From: the human T2T-CHM13v2.0 reference genome, Homo sapiens
DNA length: 64,000 nt
Reading direction: 5' to 3' (one strand)
Assembly (NCBI RefSeq): GCF_009914755.1
Contig: NC_060930.1
The translations under genes were made by a program, and so were the position numbers. The notes beneath the pieces are model-generated. The model was not told where the DNA came from and did not search any database. It worked only from the letters and a program-made list of their open reading frames with translations. This document shows, piece by piece, positions 26,899 through 43,000 of the stretch (position 1 is its first letter; every line of letters starts with the position of its first letter).

Positions 26899-27790
26899 TT
26901 TTAGAGGACAAAGTGTGAGAGAAAAATGACCAGGATGGTGAGCAAACTCATTAGGAATGGTTGAAGCTTGTGTGCAATAAATACTTGCTAAACAGGATTA
27001 AATGGAATAATGTAATGTTTAAATAAAAAAAAAAAACAAGAAATGGGGGGATCAATTTGCATAAAATTCAGACACAAAATGATGCTGAGGATGCCTAAGT
27101 TTACATATTTTTTGCATATGGTATATTAAGGTTTTATGTTTTTGTCCATCACAAGGGCCTGCTAGCTGGAAAAATTAGATTTAGGTAGGTTGAACTTTTT
27201 CCTTAACAGTGCATATTTCCAAGAACTCCAAAGAGAAAAGAGAGAGAGTGTATAAGCAAACAAGGCACTTGTGATAATTATTTCCTTAAAAAAAGATTCA
27301 GGGATCAACACTTTTTTCTTTTATTTTTCAAAAAGAGATGATCAGCATTCAGAATATTTTGAAAATAAAACAATGCAAAACTCAGCAAGTGTGTTTTATC
27401 CAGTTCAATGTCTGTAAATCTTTTATTAAAACTTCTTCTGCCTCAGACAGAAGAATCTTCTACATTATGTCAGGATTTCAAGAGCAACATTGGAAAGATA
27501 TGTTGCTTTCAAGTGATTTTTTTCTCCCTAGTTAATGTTTATAGGGAAGGCTTTCAGAACAAATATAGGAAAAAAATCAATCACCAAAGGATGAGTTGTG
27601 CTCTGGCCCCAAGGCAGGAGTTGCTGATAACTCCCCATGACCCCCAACCCAAGGTTTGAATTCCTCCAACTTTCCTTCTCTACTTTCTCTTTTGTGACAC
27701 CTGAGATAGTTGGTCACAATGTTGGTGACCAAGAAAAAATTAACTGCCCTAAACCACTTGGAAATTGAAACTACAAACTAATTTTCATGA

Positions 27791-28365
<575 letters not shown>

Positions 28366-31300
28366 AGAGTTTCATTTTTTTAAGTAAGCTCTAGTGATAT
28401 CCAGTTGAGAGGTTGCCAGGGCTCCCTGGCCCAGAGCCTAGAACCAGACTGTAATGAGGTAGGAGGGTTTTACTATGGCTCAGGAAAGAGACTTGTTAGG
28501 AAGCTGGTGGAGGTGGACAGAGGAGGAGGCTGTGGAAAAGGAGACAAAGGGGCCTCTGAGGGAATCCTGGAGAGGGAAAGAGGCCTAGGAGTTCAGAAAG
28601 GCTTCTGAGAGGTAGGTGGTCTTTTGAACATTTACCTTATTCCAACTCGAGTTCTAAGTCTTTTGAGCTTTGCCTGTCATTAAGTTTTGTAAGCATAGAA
28701 TTGCATTTTCTTAAATGTAGGCAGTCTGTCACCTTAAAAATTTCTAGCCTTGTTTGTAGAAAAGGGTGAAGAACAGCTGCCCAAGTGAGCCACCTAATTT
28801 TCTCTGTGAGGACAGTCCACTAAATGGCCATGTTCAAAGGAATCTCACAATTCACAGCTATTGCTGCATAATGATTTATGAGCCAAATCACTCACCCATT
28901 AGAAGAATGAGTCTTCAATGGTCAGATCAAACATAATTTATTATCTCTAACGTCTGGTAGTCTTATGTTTTTCTAACACTTTGCAGCTTTTATCAGGGTA
29001 TGTATTCCTGCCTGTGGCCACAGCACTGAAGAAAATGGCAGTTCCTTTTCAGTTTTGTCCAATAATCCTCCACGTTCCTGCATTTCATCAGTGTTTTCAG
29101 TGTTCCAAGACTGTGTCCAGATACACAGTAGAGTTAGCTTTGCCTTCCCTTATGGATACACATAAATACCTCCCTTATGGATATAGATACATAAAGTAAG
29201 CATTTGGCTATTTTCTGTAATTAGAAAAGATTTAAGAAAGCCCATTTTGCCAAAAATATATCATGCAAGGGTGCTTGGGGATTCTTTTGAGCTCATCATT
29301 TAAAGAAATACAAATTATGCTTAATGAATGAACATAATAATCTCCTAATACTTTAGCTGAGATTTATTTTATCATATAGGTTTCAAATCAGCAAACATTA
29401 TCGGTTGCATTTTATATTTGAGATACAAAGTTATTTATGTTGTGGGACCTGAAACTAAGTAAACAGTTATCCTTGAAACTGGGGACCTTTTAGACTACGA
29501 GAATGAGTTTCTCAAAGTCTGTCTTTTATAGTGCCTAGAATAGTAGAACTGATAAATAGTGTTTACTGAATAAATACACTACTAAATTATTCCAGTGGAT
29601 TTCCCATGCACACAAATATCTATGATCAATACAGTACATTAGGAACACCATGAGAATACTACAAATATTTTGGCAATGAGGAGAGACAAAGAGGATTTGT
29701 AAAGGCTTCATAAAGGATGTTTCATTTAGCTTGATTGTTGGATAGAATTGAGGAGGCTTGTGTGAAAAGGTTGTGGGAATTTCTACTGGGGTCAAGAGTA
29801 CCAAAAAAGAATAGATAATTTTTTTAAGGGTAATCCTGTTTGGGAAATCAGCTAGTGCCTGTAGTAAAGCAGGACAGGGAGTGAAAAACAAGGATTGCAA
29901 CCATGAATGGAATCCTGGGAGTGCCTTGTAAAGGAACATAGACATTATTCCTAAAATAAGCAATCAGGAGCTCCTGAAGGCTTTTCAGCAAGAGTATGAC
30001 TATCACAGTAACCAAATGAGATCATTGGGTACCAGAGAAGAAAACACAAAATGATTTGGGGGCAAAAGACAGGTCTTTCTTCCAGCATGGTGGACAAAAT
30101 TGGCCTAGAGCTCTGTGAATCCAAGAAGAATGTTGTGTGACTTGTTCTTTGAATACTAAGTGTCTACATAAGAAGATATTCTTGTGCCAAATATACTTTT
30201 TCACCAAAATATAATGCCCTCTCCTTTTTGGTCCTCTGGTATTTGAATTAACTAATACCTTTGGTAAATGTGTTCTGATATATAGTATCCTGGTGAATAG
30301 TATGGGGCTTCCTTGGTGTAGGGGCTTCCTTGGTTTAAGGTGAACACCCTTCAGCTGATGGTTTGAAGGAATGTGGAAGATGTGAGGCCTGCTCTGGGAA
30401 AGACATGCCCCAGCGGAGAAGGAGAAAAAACCCACAGCTTTTATTATGTGAGAAAAGAAGTCAGTCAAAGGAGGTATTCTTCAAACACAAAGCCAAAGCA
30501 CTGCAAAAGAATCTATGATTATTTCTTAAATAACTTTTTGTTAATGCTACTCCCTAGGTGTCCTAAAATCTCAGCTAAATGTTTTGAAATCTGGCCATGT
30601 TTTCAAAGAGCAGAAACACCCACAGAGTTGATTCTCACTCTTACAAGTTCTAAGTGATGCCTAGGGCTTAAGATGCACCATTCTTACAGAGTTACAATAG
30701 TAGTCACATGATCTCTCTTAATTTCCCATGATGAAGACTTAGAAAGTGTTTCTTTTATAAACCAGAGGGTAAATACAAAATGTCCCCTTTAAAGGAGGCT
30801 GCTAAGAGGTACAAATGATTGGACTCAGTGTTTTGGAACTTGCTCTATTTTTTTCCAGATGGATAATTGTTAAAGGGTTATTACAAGTAGTTACATGAAA
30901 AGGCAATTATGAGGAGGCTATGAACAAATCTGCCTTCATTTTGATTTGAATATTGGAGCAGTCGTAGTATTTGTTGTGTGTTCCTGGTAATGGAATTCAA
31001 CCTTTTATCTTTTGTTAAAATGTTCTGCAATAATATGTGATTATGCAGATGCATAGGAATAAAACATGTATTACAGAGTCCATCACTCTGCAATCGTTTT
31101 TGTATTATAGCAAATTTCAAGTCTTTCTTACTTTATGTAGCTACAATAAGAATGTATCTTTGGATTTGCATAAGATATGTATATGAGTGCTTTTTATTTA
31201 TTAAAGCCATTCAAAGAGGAACCAAACACAGGAATATCAAGATTTCTTTTGAATAAGTAAAAACTTGGGGAAAAATGGCAAATAATCTGGCACTTTTTTA

Positions 31301-31934
31301 TATTCTACATAATTTTATCTAAATGTTGTCAATTCAATTAACATAATTTTTAAAAACTTGCATAATTGCAATACATATTTTCCAGATTTGTGAACTATTT
31401 TCAATAAAATCAATTTATATAGGCTACTTTCTAAGAATACTGCAAAGAATATCACCTCCATACCGTGAAGAAATCAGTAAAATAATTTGTGGAAGTGATG
31501 CTTAATTTCATTGTATACATAACATCTAATTTAGTTCCAAAATATTCTCTGAGTAGGACAAACTCTTGTCAATTTTGTTAATTATTTTTGTTCTCACAGT
31601 ATTTAAAATATGCTTTAAAATTTTTGCAAAAGAGAGATGTTTTCAACTATTTTAAGATTAAATGCAGAAAGCAGAGATTGCAATTATGAAGCTTATTTGC
31701 ATGCTTCAGAATGTTGAATATATATTAGTTATTAATATTTATCTCATTTCAATGATATAGGCTTGAAATAGTAAAAGAATGCCTGCTTTATGAATGAAGA
31801 AAACAGAGGATAACTTAGCTTAGCTCCTGATAAGACCCTTTGCTTTAATAGTCACATGACACAAAAATGCATCAGGACCAAGATGTCAATGTCTATGCTA
31901 AGAAGTTAATGTCCAGACAGAAGACACTTAGCTA

Positions 31935-32196
<262 letters not shown>

Positions 32197-33816
32197 CTAA
32201 GTGGATGCTTATTTCAAAAAGCGAAACTGACAGAGAGAGAAAAACAAAACAAAACAAAACAAAACATGTAAATACCACAGAGCTTCAGAGGTGGGAGATG
32301 TCACCACAAATTGCAGTAGGCAGGGCACAATTAAGCTAGACCTTTTAAGGTGGGTGAAATTTGGATTACAGGAGGAAAGAGGTAAGGGCATCTAAGTGAG
32401 TGAATGATAGCTGGGGGTTGCTAGGCGTGTACATGGGACAGTTTGTACATGCAGGAACTCCAGAAGAGGGGGAGAGCTGGGTGAGAAGGCGTGGGAATCA
32501 AGTTCATTTCATGGACTCCTCAATCTCTTTTGCTCTAGTTTCCCCCCACCCGGTGCCCCTGTTGTTTATTTCTCTCTCTCGCTCTCTGTCTCTCTCTCCC
32601 CCTATCTCTTTCTCTCTTCCCTTCCTCTCTCCTTTTTCCTATCTCTATCCCTATCCATAAGTTTATCTTTAGCTCTAGCTCTTACTTAGAATCCAATCAG
32701 CCTCCAAAGCCAAGACAATTCCTTTGTTTAAAGTTTCACTCTTTCATAAACAAAATTCATTTTTTCTGCTCTAAACATTTTTTCTCATTATTTTCTCTTC
32801 TAGCACACTGTTCTCGCCATCTAATATTGTCAGTGTTTTACTTTAAAGAGTCAGCACCGATGATACTGAAATTCTTACTTATTTAATTTTATCATTCCAT
32901 ATAATTTATTAAAAATTATTCTGCATTGTGGTTTTGCACACATTGCTGGAATTTTCTTCTGATCAACCAATGAGTCTTGGGTCTGTTGAAAATATTATTT
33001 GTACATCTTTTTATTTTCCAATAGATGAGGAAGAGAAGAAAGAGGAGGAGGAAGGCAGAGAGAGAGAGAGAGAGAGCACAAAGGGTAAAATCATTAATGT
33101 TATATCAAGCAATTTAAAAGTATTTTAGACTCTCTGCCAGAAGATTGTGAAAACATAGTGCAAGGTTTATTATTATTATTTAAGTAACACAGTCATGTTA
33201 TTGGCCTAGAGCTATCTTAAAATTTATTTTAAGCCCATTATTTGTGGTTATTACCGGGTACCACCAGTACAGTGAAAAGAATATTAGAATAGGCATAAAA
33301 ATGGATTCTAATTCTTCATTCATCACTATGTGATTTTAGTAATATAAATTTATCTCTCAGAGTCTTGAGTAATACCATCATTAAAAGAGAAAAGAAATTA
33401 TGGCATTCTTACATTAGATAATCTAAAAATTTCATTCCAGCCTCCAAATTATGTAACAGAATTTTTGTTCCCCTTCCTCTAAAGCAAATGCAATTTGCAA
33501 ATAATTTATATTAGGAATTCTATCCTTCCAGTTGTTATTATAGAACATAATTATTCCTCATACATTTTATGTTAATGATTTTAGTGCATGAATGGTTTTA
33601 TTCAAGACTCATTATGCCAATAATTTTAAATTATAATATGTAGAGACAAAGAAAAAAAATTAACAGGCAAAAGATGAAAGCTATCAGTCTGTCAAGTCTA
33701 GACACCAGAACAATTGTAAACACTTTGATTTTTTTTTCTTCCAGAGAAAATGAATTGTTAGTTAAAAATCTTGACTAAAGAATAAAATAGTCTAATAATT
33801 ACTTACTAATTACTTA

Positions 33817-34210
<394 letters not shown>

Positions 34211-34271
34211 GTTTCCCAGCAAGTTTGGTGTGTGATTGTTTGCATAGTGAATTCTGTAATATGAGTGTGTG

Positions 34272-34865
34272 CTCAGGAAAGGGTTAATTTGTTCATCTTG
34301 GGTTAACTCTGGGTTGCTCAAACCCTGCAGACTCCTAAGAAAGGCCTGTCTGCCTTTGGAATGCCCCTTGGTAGCTCCTGGGAGATGAGCTAAACCCTTG
34401 GAATATTCTGCCTGACAAGAGTGTTTCTATTGGCCTAAGGCCTTGGGCCACCCAGCACCGGTTAGATCAAATAGTTTAGGCTAACAGTATGATCTATGGT
34501 GAAAACTGATTTTGCTTTTGAGGGGTTAGAGACTGAGTAGCTGAGGTCACCTGACTGACTCCCAATTAAAAACCCTGGACATCAAGATTTGAGCGAGTTC
34601 CCCTGGCTTACAGACTTTGGCAAATGTTTTTACACATTTCAAGAATTAAGACTATCCATGCAACTGCCTTGGGGGAAGACACCTGGAACCTTGCTCCTGG
34701 TTTCCCCTGGACTTGACTTCTTACACTTTTTCCCTTTGATGTTTTAATCTGTATCCATTTGTTACAATATATTGTAACTGTGAATGTTAACAGTTGTTCA
34801 AGTCTCATGAGTGATTCTAGTGAATAGTTGAGACTGAGGGTGAATTGTGCCTGCCTCACCCCAAA
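34272..34865 (+). mobile_element. ERVL-type solo LTR, MER77/MER68/MER21 group
   Basis: gggttgctcaaaccctgca...cccttggaatattctgcctga...aaaaccctggaca...ttctagtgaat matches recalled MER77-like text. Confidence 0.7.
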
Positions 34866-34887
34866 GTATGGTTCAAGACAGTCTTTT

Positions 34888-34961
34888 AATTAATAATATC
34901 ACTTAAGAAAGCTTTCCTAAATAATTAAATTAATAATATCACTTCAGAAAGCTTTCCTAAA
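34888..34961. repeat. 34-bp direct duplication with 40-bp period
   Basis: aattaataatatcactt(a/c)agaaagctttcctaaa occurs at 34888 and 34928 with one mismatch. Confidence 0.92.
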
Positions 34962-35555
34962 ATGCTTCTAAAGTCAAGCAAGATTTTTTAATTAAAAGCT
35001 TAATAGTTAACTTTAAATTACATTAAGAGAAAAAAATTTACTGAAAACATACTATCTTTAGGCTATCTGAGATTTTTAAGTATCTATTACCAAGTTTTCA
35101 ACTTTCAGTGATTCCAGATCATTTGGATTCAAGATTAAAGTGATTATATTTTTTCTCTTTGATTCATTATTATAATATCCATTTGATAAAGAACCCCAAA
35201 AGAAATATCATTATGTACCTTCAAATCATATTTATTTGGAAGACTCATTAAAAACCAGAAGCTATGTTGTACTTTAAATATATTATCTTTAGTTTTTAAT
35301 TTTCAGCATAATCAGGTGATATAATATTAATGTTGCTTTATATGTGAGAAAAATTGGGCTTAGAAAGTTAAAGAGATTACTCCAGGCATACTACTGGATG
35401 TGGCATAGAGAGTATTTGGATTAGGGTCTATTAGGAATTAAGTTCATGCTTGTTCTATTGTGTTACTCCATATATTCACCCTTAATGACATGTTACTTAT
35501 TCTGCCTCTGGTAGTAGAGAGAGTAAGCTGCTTGTACATCAATTTTGCTTCTTCC

Positions 35556-35913
<358 letters not shown>

Positions 35914-35922
35914 CTAGAGGTT

Positions 35923-36066
35923 ACGCCCGGCTAATTTTTTGTATTTTTAGTAGAGTCGGGGTTTCACCGTGTTAGTCAGGATGGTCTCAATCTCTTGACC
36001 TCCTAATCCGCCCGCCTCGGCCTCCTAAAGTGTTGGAATTACAGGCGTGAGCGACCGCGTCCAGCT
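35923..36066 (-). mobile_element. Alu left arm only (AluY/Sc8-like); right arm and tail missing
   Basis: caccgtgttagtcaggatggtctc diagnostics and many retained CpGs. It breaks off about 10 nt into the right arm. Confidence 0.9.
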
Positions 36067-36069
36067 GAG

Positions 36070-37480
36070 AATGTTTTTTATTGCAAATTCATTTTTATTA
36101 ACAGATATTGTAATTGTAACCATTAAATTCTTCCTGAGTCCATTTTTCTATTGTGTCTACCAAGGAATTTTAAAATTTCTTTTAAACTGTCAACATTATT
36201 GGCATAACATTTTTATAATAATTTCTGTTCCTTTTAATGTGTATGGAATCAATAGTGATTTTTAATTCATTGCTATTATTGATCATTTATATCTGCTCTC
36301 TGTCTCTCTCTTTCAGTATATCTAGAGGTTTATAAATGCTGCTAATAATTTCAAATAATGACTTTTGGTTTCTTTGATTTGCTTTAACTTCTATTACATA
36401 CTCTCTTTTTTTACATACTTTTGATTTAGTTTGATATTAATTTGCTAGGTTACTAAAGTTGAAACACATTAATTTTAAATATTTTTATTTATCTTTCATA
36501 TGCATTTAGAGATATAAAAATTTTTTAACCACTGTTTTAACTGTATCCCATAAATTTGAATAGACTGTGTTTTAGTTATTATTCAGTTAAAAAATTTTCT
36601 ATTTACCTTTGACATTTGTTCTCTAACTGTGAATTATTTATAAGTGTGTTGCTTAATTCAAAATATTTGGTGATTTTTCCAGATTGTGTTATTATTGATT
36701 TTTATGTTTAATTCTGTTGTGGTGAGAGAACATTATTTGTATCACTTAATCCTTTGAGTTTTAGTGAGCTTGTGGCCCAAGCTTTTACTTATATAAAAAC
36801 ACCATTTTTTTGCCATCATTTAAAAATAATATTATACTGACTATAGAAATGTAGGTTGATGGGTTTTATTTATTGATTTTTTTTTCATCACTTGCCTTCT
36901 TGCTTGCATCATTTTTCTATGACAAGGGCGTGATAATTCTTATTTATTATTGTTCACCAGTGTGTAATTTATCTGGCTGCCTTTGAGATTTTCTCTTTTA
37001 CTTTGGTTTTCAGAAATGTGGTGGGACTAGGTGTGGTTTTCTTTGTATTTATCCTGCTAGGATTTTATTGAACTTCTTGGATGTGTGGGTTGATTTCTTT
37101 TGGTCAAAATTGACAAGTTTCATCATTATTCATTCAAATACTTTTTTCATTCTAATTGCTCTCATCTTCTTGGACTTCAATTATGTGCACATTTCTGCCA
37201 CCCTGAACTATGAATTTTATTTCTTCCACCCACCAAGACCCCAGCTCTCTGGTGTGTCTAGTGCTGTGATTTGGATAATGATCCCTGGTGGAAAGCTGAG
37301 GTTAATGCAGAGATCATTTTGTGCAGCTCCCCTATCCCAGTGATCATAGCCCTGAGTTATCCATTGTTCCATCCTTGAAAATAGCTACTGTAGATATTTG
37401 TCAAGTTTTAGTGTTATTTAAGGGAGAACTTAACACATGATGACTATGATTCTTTCATAACTATTGCTCTGATTAGTATC
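36070..37480 (-). mobile_element. Old degraded L1M fragments
   Basis: T-rich text such as actgttttaactgtatcccataaattt and ttaattctgttgtggtgagagaa; boundaries approximate. Confidence 0.55.
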
Positions 37481-37638
37481 ATTCTGTTTGGAATCTCAGT
37501 GTTTCTAGTTTGCTAATATAACCTAGTTGTAAGGGGCACAACTGGATTAATAGTTGAATCCCTTAATATACACAGAACGCTATGGGCCCAGAATTGTATA
37601 ATTTTTCTTACCTGAACACATGCACATTTTCTACATAA

Positions 37639-37989
<351 letters not shown>

Positions 37990-39194
37990 TAGCATTTTTT
38001 ATGTCTTCATTTTTTAATACCAACCTCACCCATCCTTTCTTTTCTTGCCTTTGGAAGACAACTTTATACTAAGAAAGCTACTTTTTTGTTTATAGGTAAC
38101 TTACTGTCTAGTTAAGAACTGACTCAAATTTCAAAATAATGCTCAAAAATTTAAAACATACAAGAACAAAAACATTTGGAAGAATTATTTTCTCATTAGC
38201 ACTGCTTTTCTACCTTCTTCTTGATGGTAATTTGTTTTGAGCCTAACTTTTGTGATTGCTAATTTCATTATAAACCAAATTCTCCAGCTCTTTTATGACT
38301 GGTGTAACAGGAAGTAAACTAACCAGAGACTCAGGGACCAGGATTCCAACCACAGCTCTGCTCCTGACTAGTTGTAAGATTTTGGTACATTACTTAGCAC
38401 ATTTGATCACAGCATTCTAACCCTTAGTAAGCAAGATGCTTTCTGATGTCCTTTCAACTCTAAGTTCTATCTTTAAGGATACAATTTGAAATGTTTCTCT
38501 TTTCCCACTGAGCGAACTCAGACTCCTAAAGAAATTGTAATTAAAAATGGCCTTTTGCTATGTTTGACAAAGGACAAAATGTGATAATAAGTATTAAAGC
38601 AATTTGAAATAGTTTTAGCAATGTAATTTAGATTATAATTATCATTTCTGGAGGCTATATTCATTTTTTATGTTCCTTGTGGTACATTATATGTAATAGA
38701 TATTGAATACTTTCTTAATTTTATGATTAATATACTTCTGGAAAAGGAGAATGACAGTTGAAATCACTTAATGTGATGAAATAAATATGGCTTTATTCTT
38801 TTCAAATTGTGGTGTTTTCTGTGATTCACTACTTCTTTCATCTATTAATCTGTGCTCTAAGTGGCTTGATCCCATCTTGGCACACATCACCATGGATTCT
38901 TAAACTATAAGAAGCTGCATTCATGCATGTGTACATTTGGCAACCTTGTGTTGAACAGAGCTCTGCATTTGATGCTGTGGATAAATAAACTGTTATGATA
39001 CTGTATCTGCACTAAAGGAGCTCAAATTCCAGTGGAGGAGGTTGACAGGGCAGTCAATAATTCTAAATCCAGATGAGCAGTGCACAGGCTGCTTGGGAAT
39101 CATAAACAAGAAATCAAATTTAGGAAATTTGAATGGGTCTTTCAAGAGTGGAGTGGATAATACTGTCAGCACTGGTGCCTTTGTGTACCTTTAA

Positions 39195-39546
39195 CAGGCC
39201 ACACTCTTTCCTGTCTGTCTTTGCACACACAGCACCTTCTGACTAGAATGTTCTTTCCCTGTATTTTCACTTCCCATTATCTAATATTTAGCTGAAATAT
39301 CATTCTATTAAGGCCTTCATTGTCCACCTTCTCCACAATTGTATCACCCTTACAATTTAATTTCCCTAATATTTTACTTTGTAGCCCCACTTACTATTAT
39401 CCACAACTAACTTATTTATTTGTGTCATTGTTTATTGTATGTCTGACCAGATGGTAGGAACCTGTTTGGGTCACTGCTTCATATCCGTATAATCTGGAAT
39501 GCCCCTGGCTCATAGCAGCCACTCAAAAAATATTTGTTGAATGAAA
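39195..39546 (+). mobile_element. L2 3' end
   Basis: Ends in ctggctcatagcagccactcaaaaaatatttgttgaatgaa. Confidence 0.7.
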
Positions 39547-39929
39547 GAAAAGATGAAGGAAGGAAGGCATTAGAAAATTACAGAATGAATGTCTCTCCTT
39601 CCAGCCCTCCACACCCCACCAAAAAAAAAAAGGGTGGAAAATTAGTACAAAAAATTACTCTCAATTATTAATTCAGAAAATATTTATTGAGTCAAATGCT
39701 ATTCTAGGCCAGAGTGCCTGATGTGTAAAAAATAACATTCTCCCTTATTAAGAAAAATATTATTTATTTCTTTCTACAGATGGTCAGAAAACTAGAACTA
39801 GAAAAAATGTAATAAAAAAAGGATGTAAAATGTTAGGTCTCATTATGAATCATTTCAAACTTAAGTATGTGTACATATAGTAGTGACTTAGAGCATTACC
39901 AGCAGCATATTCTGTTCTAATAGACTGGA

Positions 39930-40368
39930 TAACTGAGAAGAAATAACATTTAACACCCTCATTCCAGAAATATTGCATAATCCCTGTCTCTTGATTTGGG
40001 GCTCAGCCATATCACTTGCCAAGGCCAGTGAAATAATAGCAAACCCCCTGCAAGAAGAGAGGTACAGTATTTTGTACAGTTGGTCTTGTCTCTTGCGCTT
40101 CTGCCATCACCACAAATAGAGCTTCCCTGAAATAGATGCTGCTCTCTCAGCCCCAGGCCATGTCCACAAGGAATTTATAAGGACCAGACTTGAGCCCAAT
40201 GCATAGCAAGTCCAGCTTGAAGCAGAGCATCCCAGCAGAACCCAGCCTAAATCAGCCGAACCCCTGCCATCTGCAGATGTGTGAATGAGCATAAATGATT
40301 GTAGTTTTAAACTGCCAATTTTTGTGGTGGTTTGTTATAATTAAAGAATGAAAAATCAGCCAGATACA
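39930..40368 (+). mobile_element. Old MaLR LTR (MLT1H/I/J-like)
   Basis: cccagcctaaatcagccgaacccc...taaatgattgtagttttaa...ggtttgttat...gataca terminus. Confidence 0.7.
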
Positions 40369-40674
40369 AGCCCCCAACCCCTGTTGAAGTCCTGAGTTAA
40401 GAATGTCAAATACATATGTGCTTTGTTTTTATGCTGTTGGGTATGTGGAAGTTATTTAGGAAAACATCGGGTAGTCCTGTGAGCTAGCAAGGCACAAGAA
40501 GCAGGGTTTTATGGGCATACTTCTGCAAGAAACAAAGCAAGTTTTGCTCTCATTAGTCATATTCACCTTGCAAATTAAAACCAATGTCCCATGTTATAAA
40601 AGAACTTTGGATTGGCCTGTGGTGTTTATCTCCTGTGTTAACTCATGTATCCTTAGAAAAAGAGTGGAAGAAAA

Positions 40675-40905
40675 TGATAATACCTCATATTTATTAAACA
40701 CTTGCTACGACAGGTATAGTTCCAGGAGCTCATCATTGACGTCAGACTCTGTAAAATATGTGATAAATATATTATTCTCATTTTACAGATCAGGAAAGTA
40801 AGGAGTAGACCACTTAAGTAATTTGCCCAAGGTCACAGAACTGGACAGTGACATAGCTGAAATTTCACCTTTACAGGCTTCCAGGATCCACATGCTTCAC
40901 CACAA
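40675..40905 (-). mobile_element. MIR
   Basis: attattctcattttacagat...ttaagtaatttgcccaaggtcacag. Confidence 0.75.
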
Positions 40906-41565
40906 TGCAGAAGTAAAGTATCTCTGGCCTACTACTCATGTATAACTCACGTATGATAGATAATACAGAAACAGTTGGCTTCTCAATACTATTTCCTTTA
41001 AAAATTATAAGTACTTCCAAACTGATTTCAAATACTGCAGTTTTGGCAATTCATGGTTTTGTAATTGCAGATGTTCTGTGTCTGTCTATTTGCCTGAGTC
41101 TTATGGAAATGGGCTTGGGCCTCTATCTGTGGAATACAGCAGACAGCAGAACATCAAAGATCAGCACACAGGTGATGAAAACCCAGGGGTGCTGGCTCTG
41201 AAAAGCATGTGGGAAATATATGAGAAGACTCATAGTCACACATCTGATCCAGGAATGCTGGCTTAACAATGTTATTACTATTAGTAATAATATGAAGACA
41301 CCAGTTTACTAACAAAGATAGGCAATGGCAACCTTGAAGTTATCTTTTAAAAAAGAAAGGAAAATATCATCCAAAGCCATTATCTTCCTTTATAGCATAG
41401 GTATGGTTGTTTTGTAATCTACATACATATATATTAAAGAGAGCAGCTGTGCATAATTGAATGTTCTTTGTGCTGGATTCTAAAATTATAATGAATGCTT
41501 CATTACATGAGTAATGCAAAAAGAGGCTTTTAAGATTCACTTCTGTGAATTTTAATCTATGTATA

Positions 41566-41935
41566 TGATATGGCTTGGCTCTGTGTCCCCACCCAAATCT
41601 CGCCTGGTATTGTAATCCCCATGTGTTGAGGGAGGGACCTGGTGGGAGGTGATTGAATCATGGAGACGATTTCCCCCATGCTGTTCTTGTGATAGTGACA
41701 GAGTTCCCATGACATATGATGGTTTTAAAAGTGGCAGTTTCCCCCATGTGCTCTCTGTCTCTCTCTTGCTGCCATGTAAGACATGCATTGCTTCTTCTTC
41801 ACCTTCCACCATGATGGTAAGTTTTCTGAGGCCTCTCCAGCCATGTGGAACTGTGAGTCAATTAAACCTCTTTTGTTTATAAATTACCCAGCCTCAGGTA
41901 GTGTCTTTATAGGAGTGTAAGAATGAACTAAAACA
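41566..41935 (+). mobile_element. THE1 (THE1D-like) solo LTR
   Basis: TGATATGGCTTGGCTCTGTGTCCCCACCCAAATCTC...AACTAAAACA, with 5-bp TSD GTATA/GAATA. Confidence 0.93.
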
Positions 41936-42199
41936 GAATATATTGGAAATTTTAGCTTCATCCAGTCTGCTTTTTAGCTAGTGATGGATAAGTCCTTGAA
42001 ATCAAATGAAATATAAAATGCACAAATTCTAGTTCCAAGCACCTCACCCAATGAGAGCAAATTTAATAGTTCATGACATTCCCTTCAGATCACTCTTCTT
42101 TCCTCCTTTCATACAATCTTAGAATTTTAAAAATGGAGGAGACTTTAATGTCATCTAGACAAATTTCTATTGGATTCTTGAATTTCCTTTGATGGAGGC

Positions 42200-43000
42200 A
42201 TGTACCATTTCTGGAGTATACCCTACCTCACAGCTGATACACTTACTGGCTATATCAAACTGAACACATTTCAGGCCAAACTCTTGACTTCTCCTTTCTT
42301 GATTTTCTCCATCTCTGTTAACATCACTGCTATCCACCTGTTGCTTGAGTCAGAAATAATCACTCTCACCCTTTCCCGTTAATTTTTCACATCTACTCCA
42401 TCACCAAGTTATGCTGAGTGTAACTCCAAACAAAGCTGCACTTCTCCTTGTGTCTACTGTCTCAGAGTGACAAACACCGTAACCTGTAGTCTAGACTGAT
42501 TTGCTAGCTTCCAACTAATTTATCTGGTTTTGCTTCCACACACTTTTCTTCTGTTTTCCTCACAGAGTATTTTTTATTTATTAACATGAATTAGATCTCT
42601 TCCTTTCTTCTCAACCTTTCATTAGATTCATATTGTGCTCAGGAAGAACTATAATCTTTGACCCTGAAAGCTATGCTATTCTTATCTCTTTGCATAGTAT
42701 TTCTGCATGGTGACCTCCGTTGATTGCACTATATTCTATTTTCATTCATACTTCAGGTTGTTGTAAGAGTTGTGATACAGTACATGTAAATCACTTAGAA
42801 TAGTGCCTAGCACATAGGTATATAGTTAGACATTTTTATTAGGTTTCTCCTGCTGTTTATTTATTTCATGTTCGCTCCTCTGCTAGAATTTGAGAACAGG
42901 AGCTGTGTCTATTTTGCTCAATAGTTCATAGCTTAATAGCTCTTAGTACGCCTGGAAAATTGGATATGCATATTTCATATTTTTAATACGTTGAATGAAA
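42200..43000 (+). mobile_element. Degraded L2 (with MIR piece)
   Basis: tcaaactgaacaca...ttctccatctctgttaacatcactgctatccacctgttgct and terminal ttgaatgaa. Confidence 0.55.

Noticed and set aside
29535-30657. 142-aa, 148-aa and 94-aa ORFs
   Set aside because: No recognisable domain or splice context. They partly overlap probable L2 remnants, and the lengths are compatible with chance.
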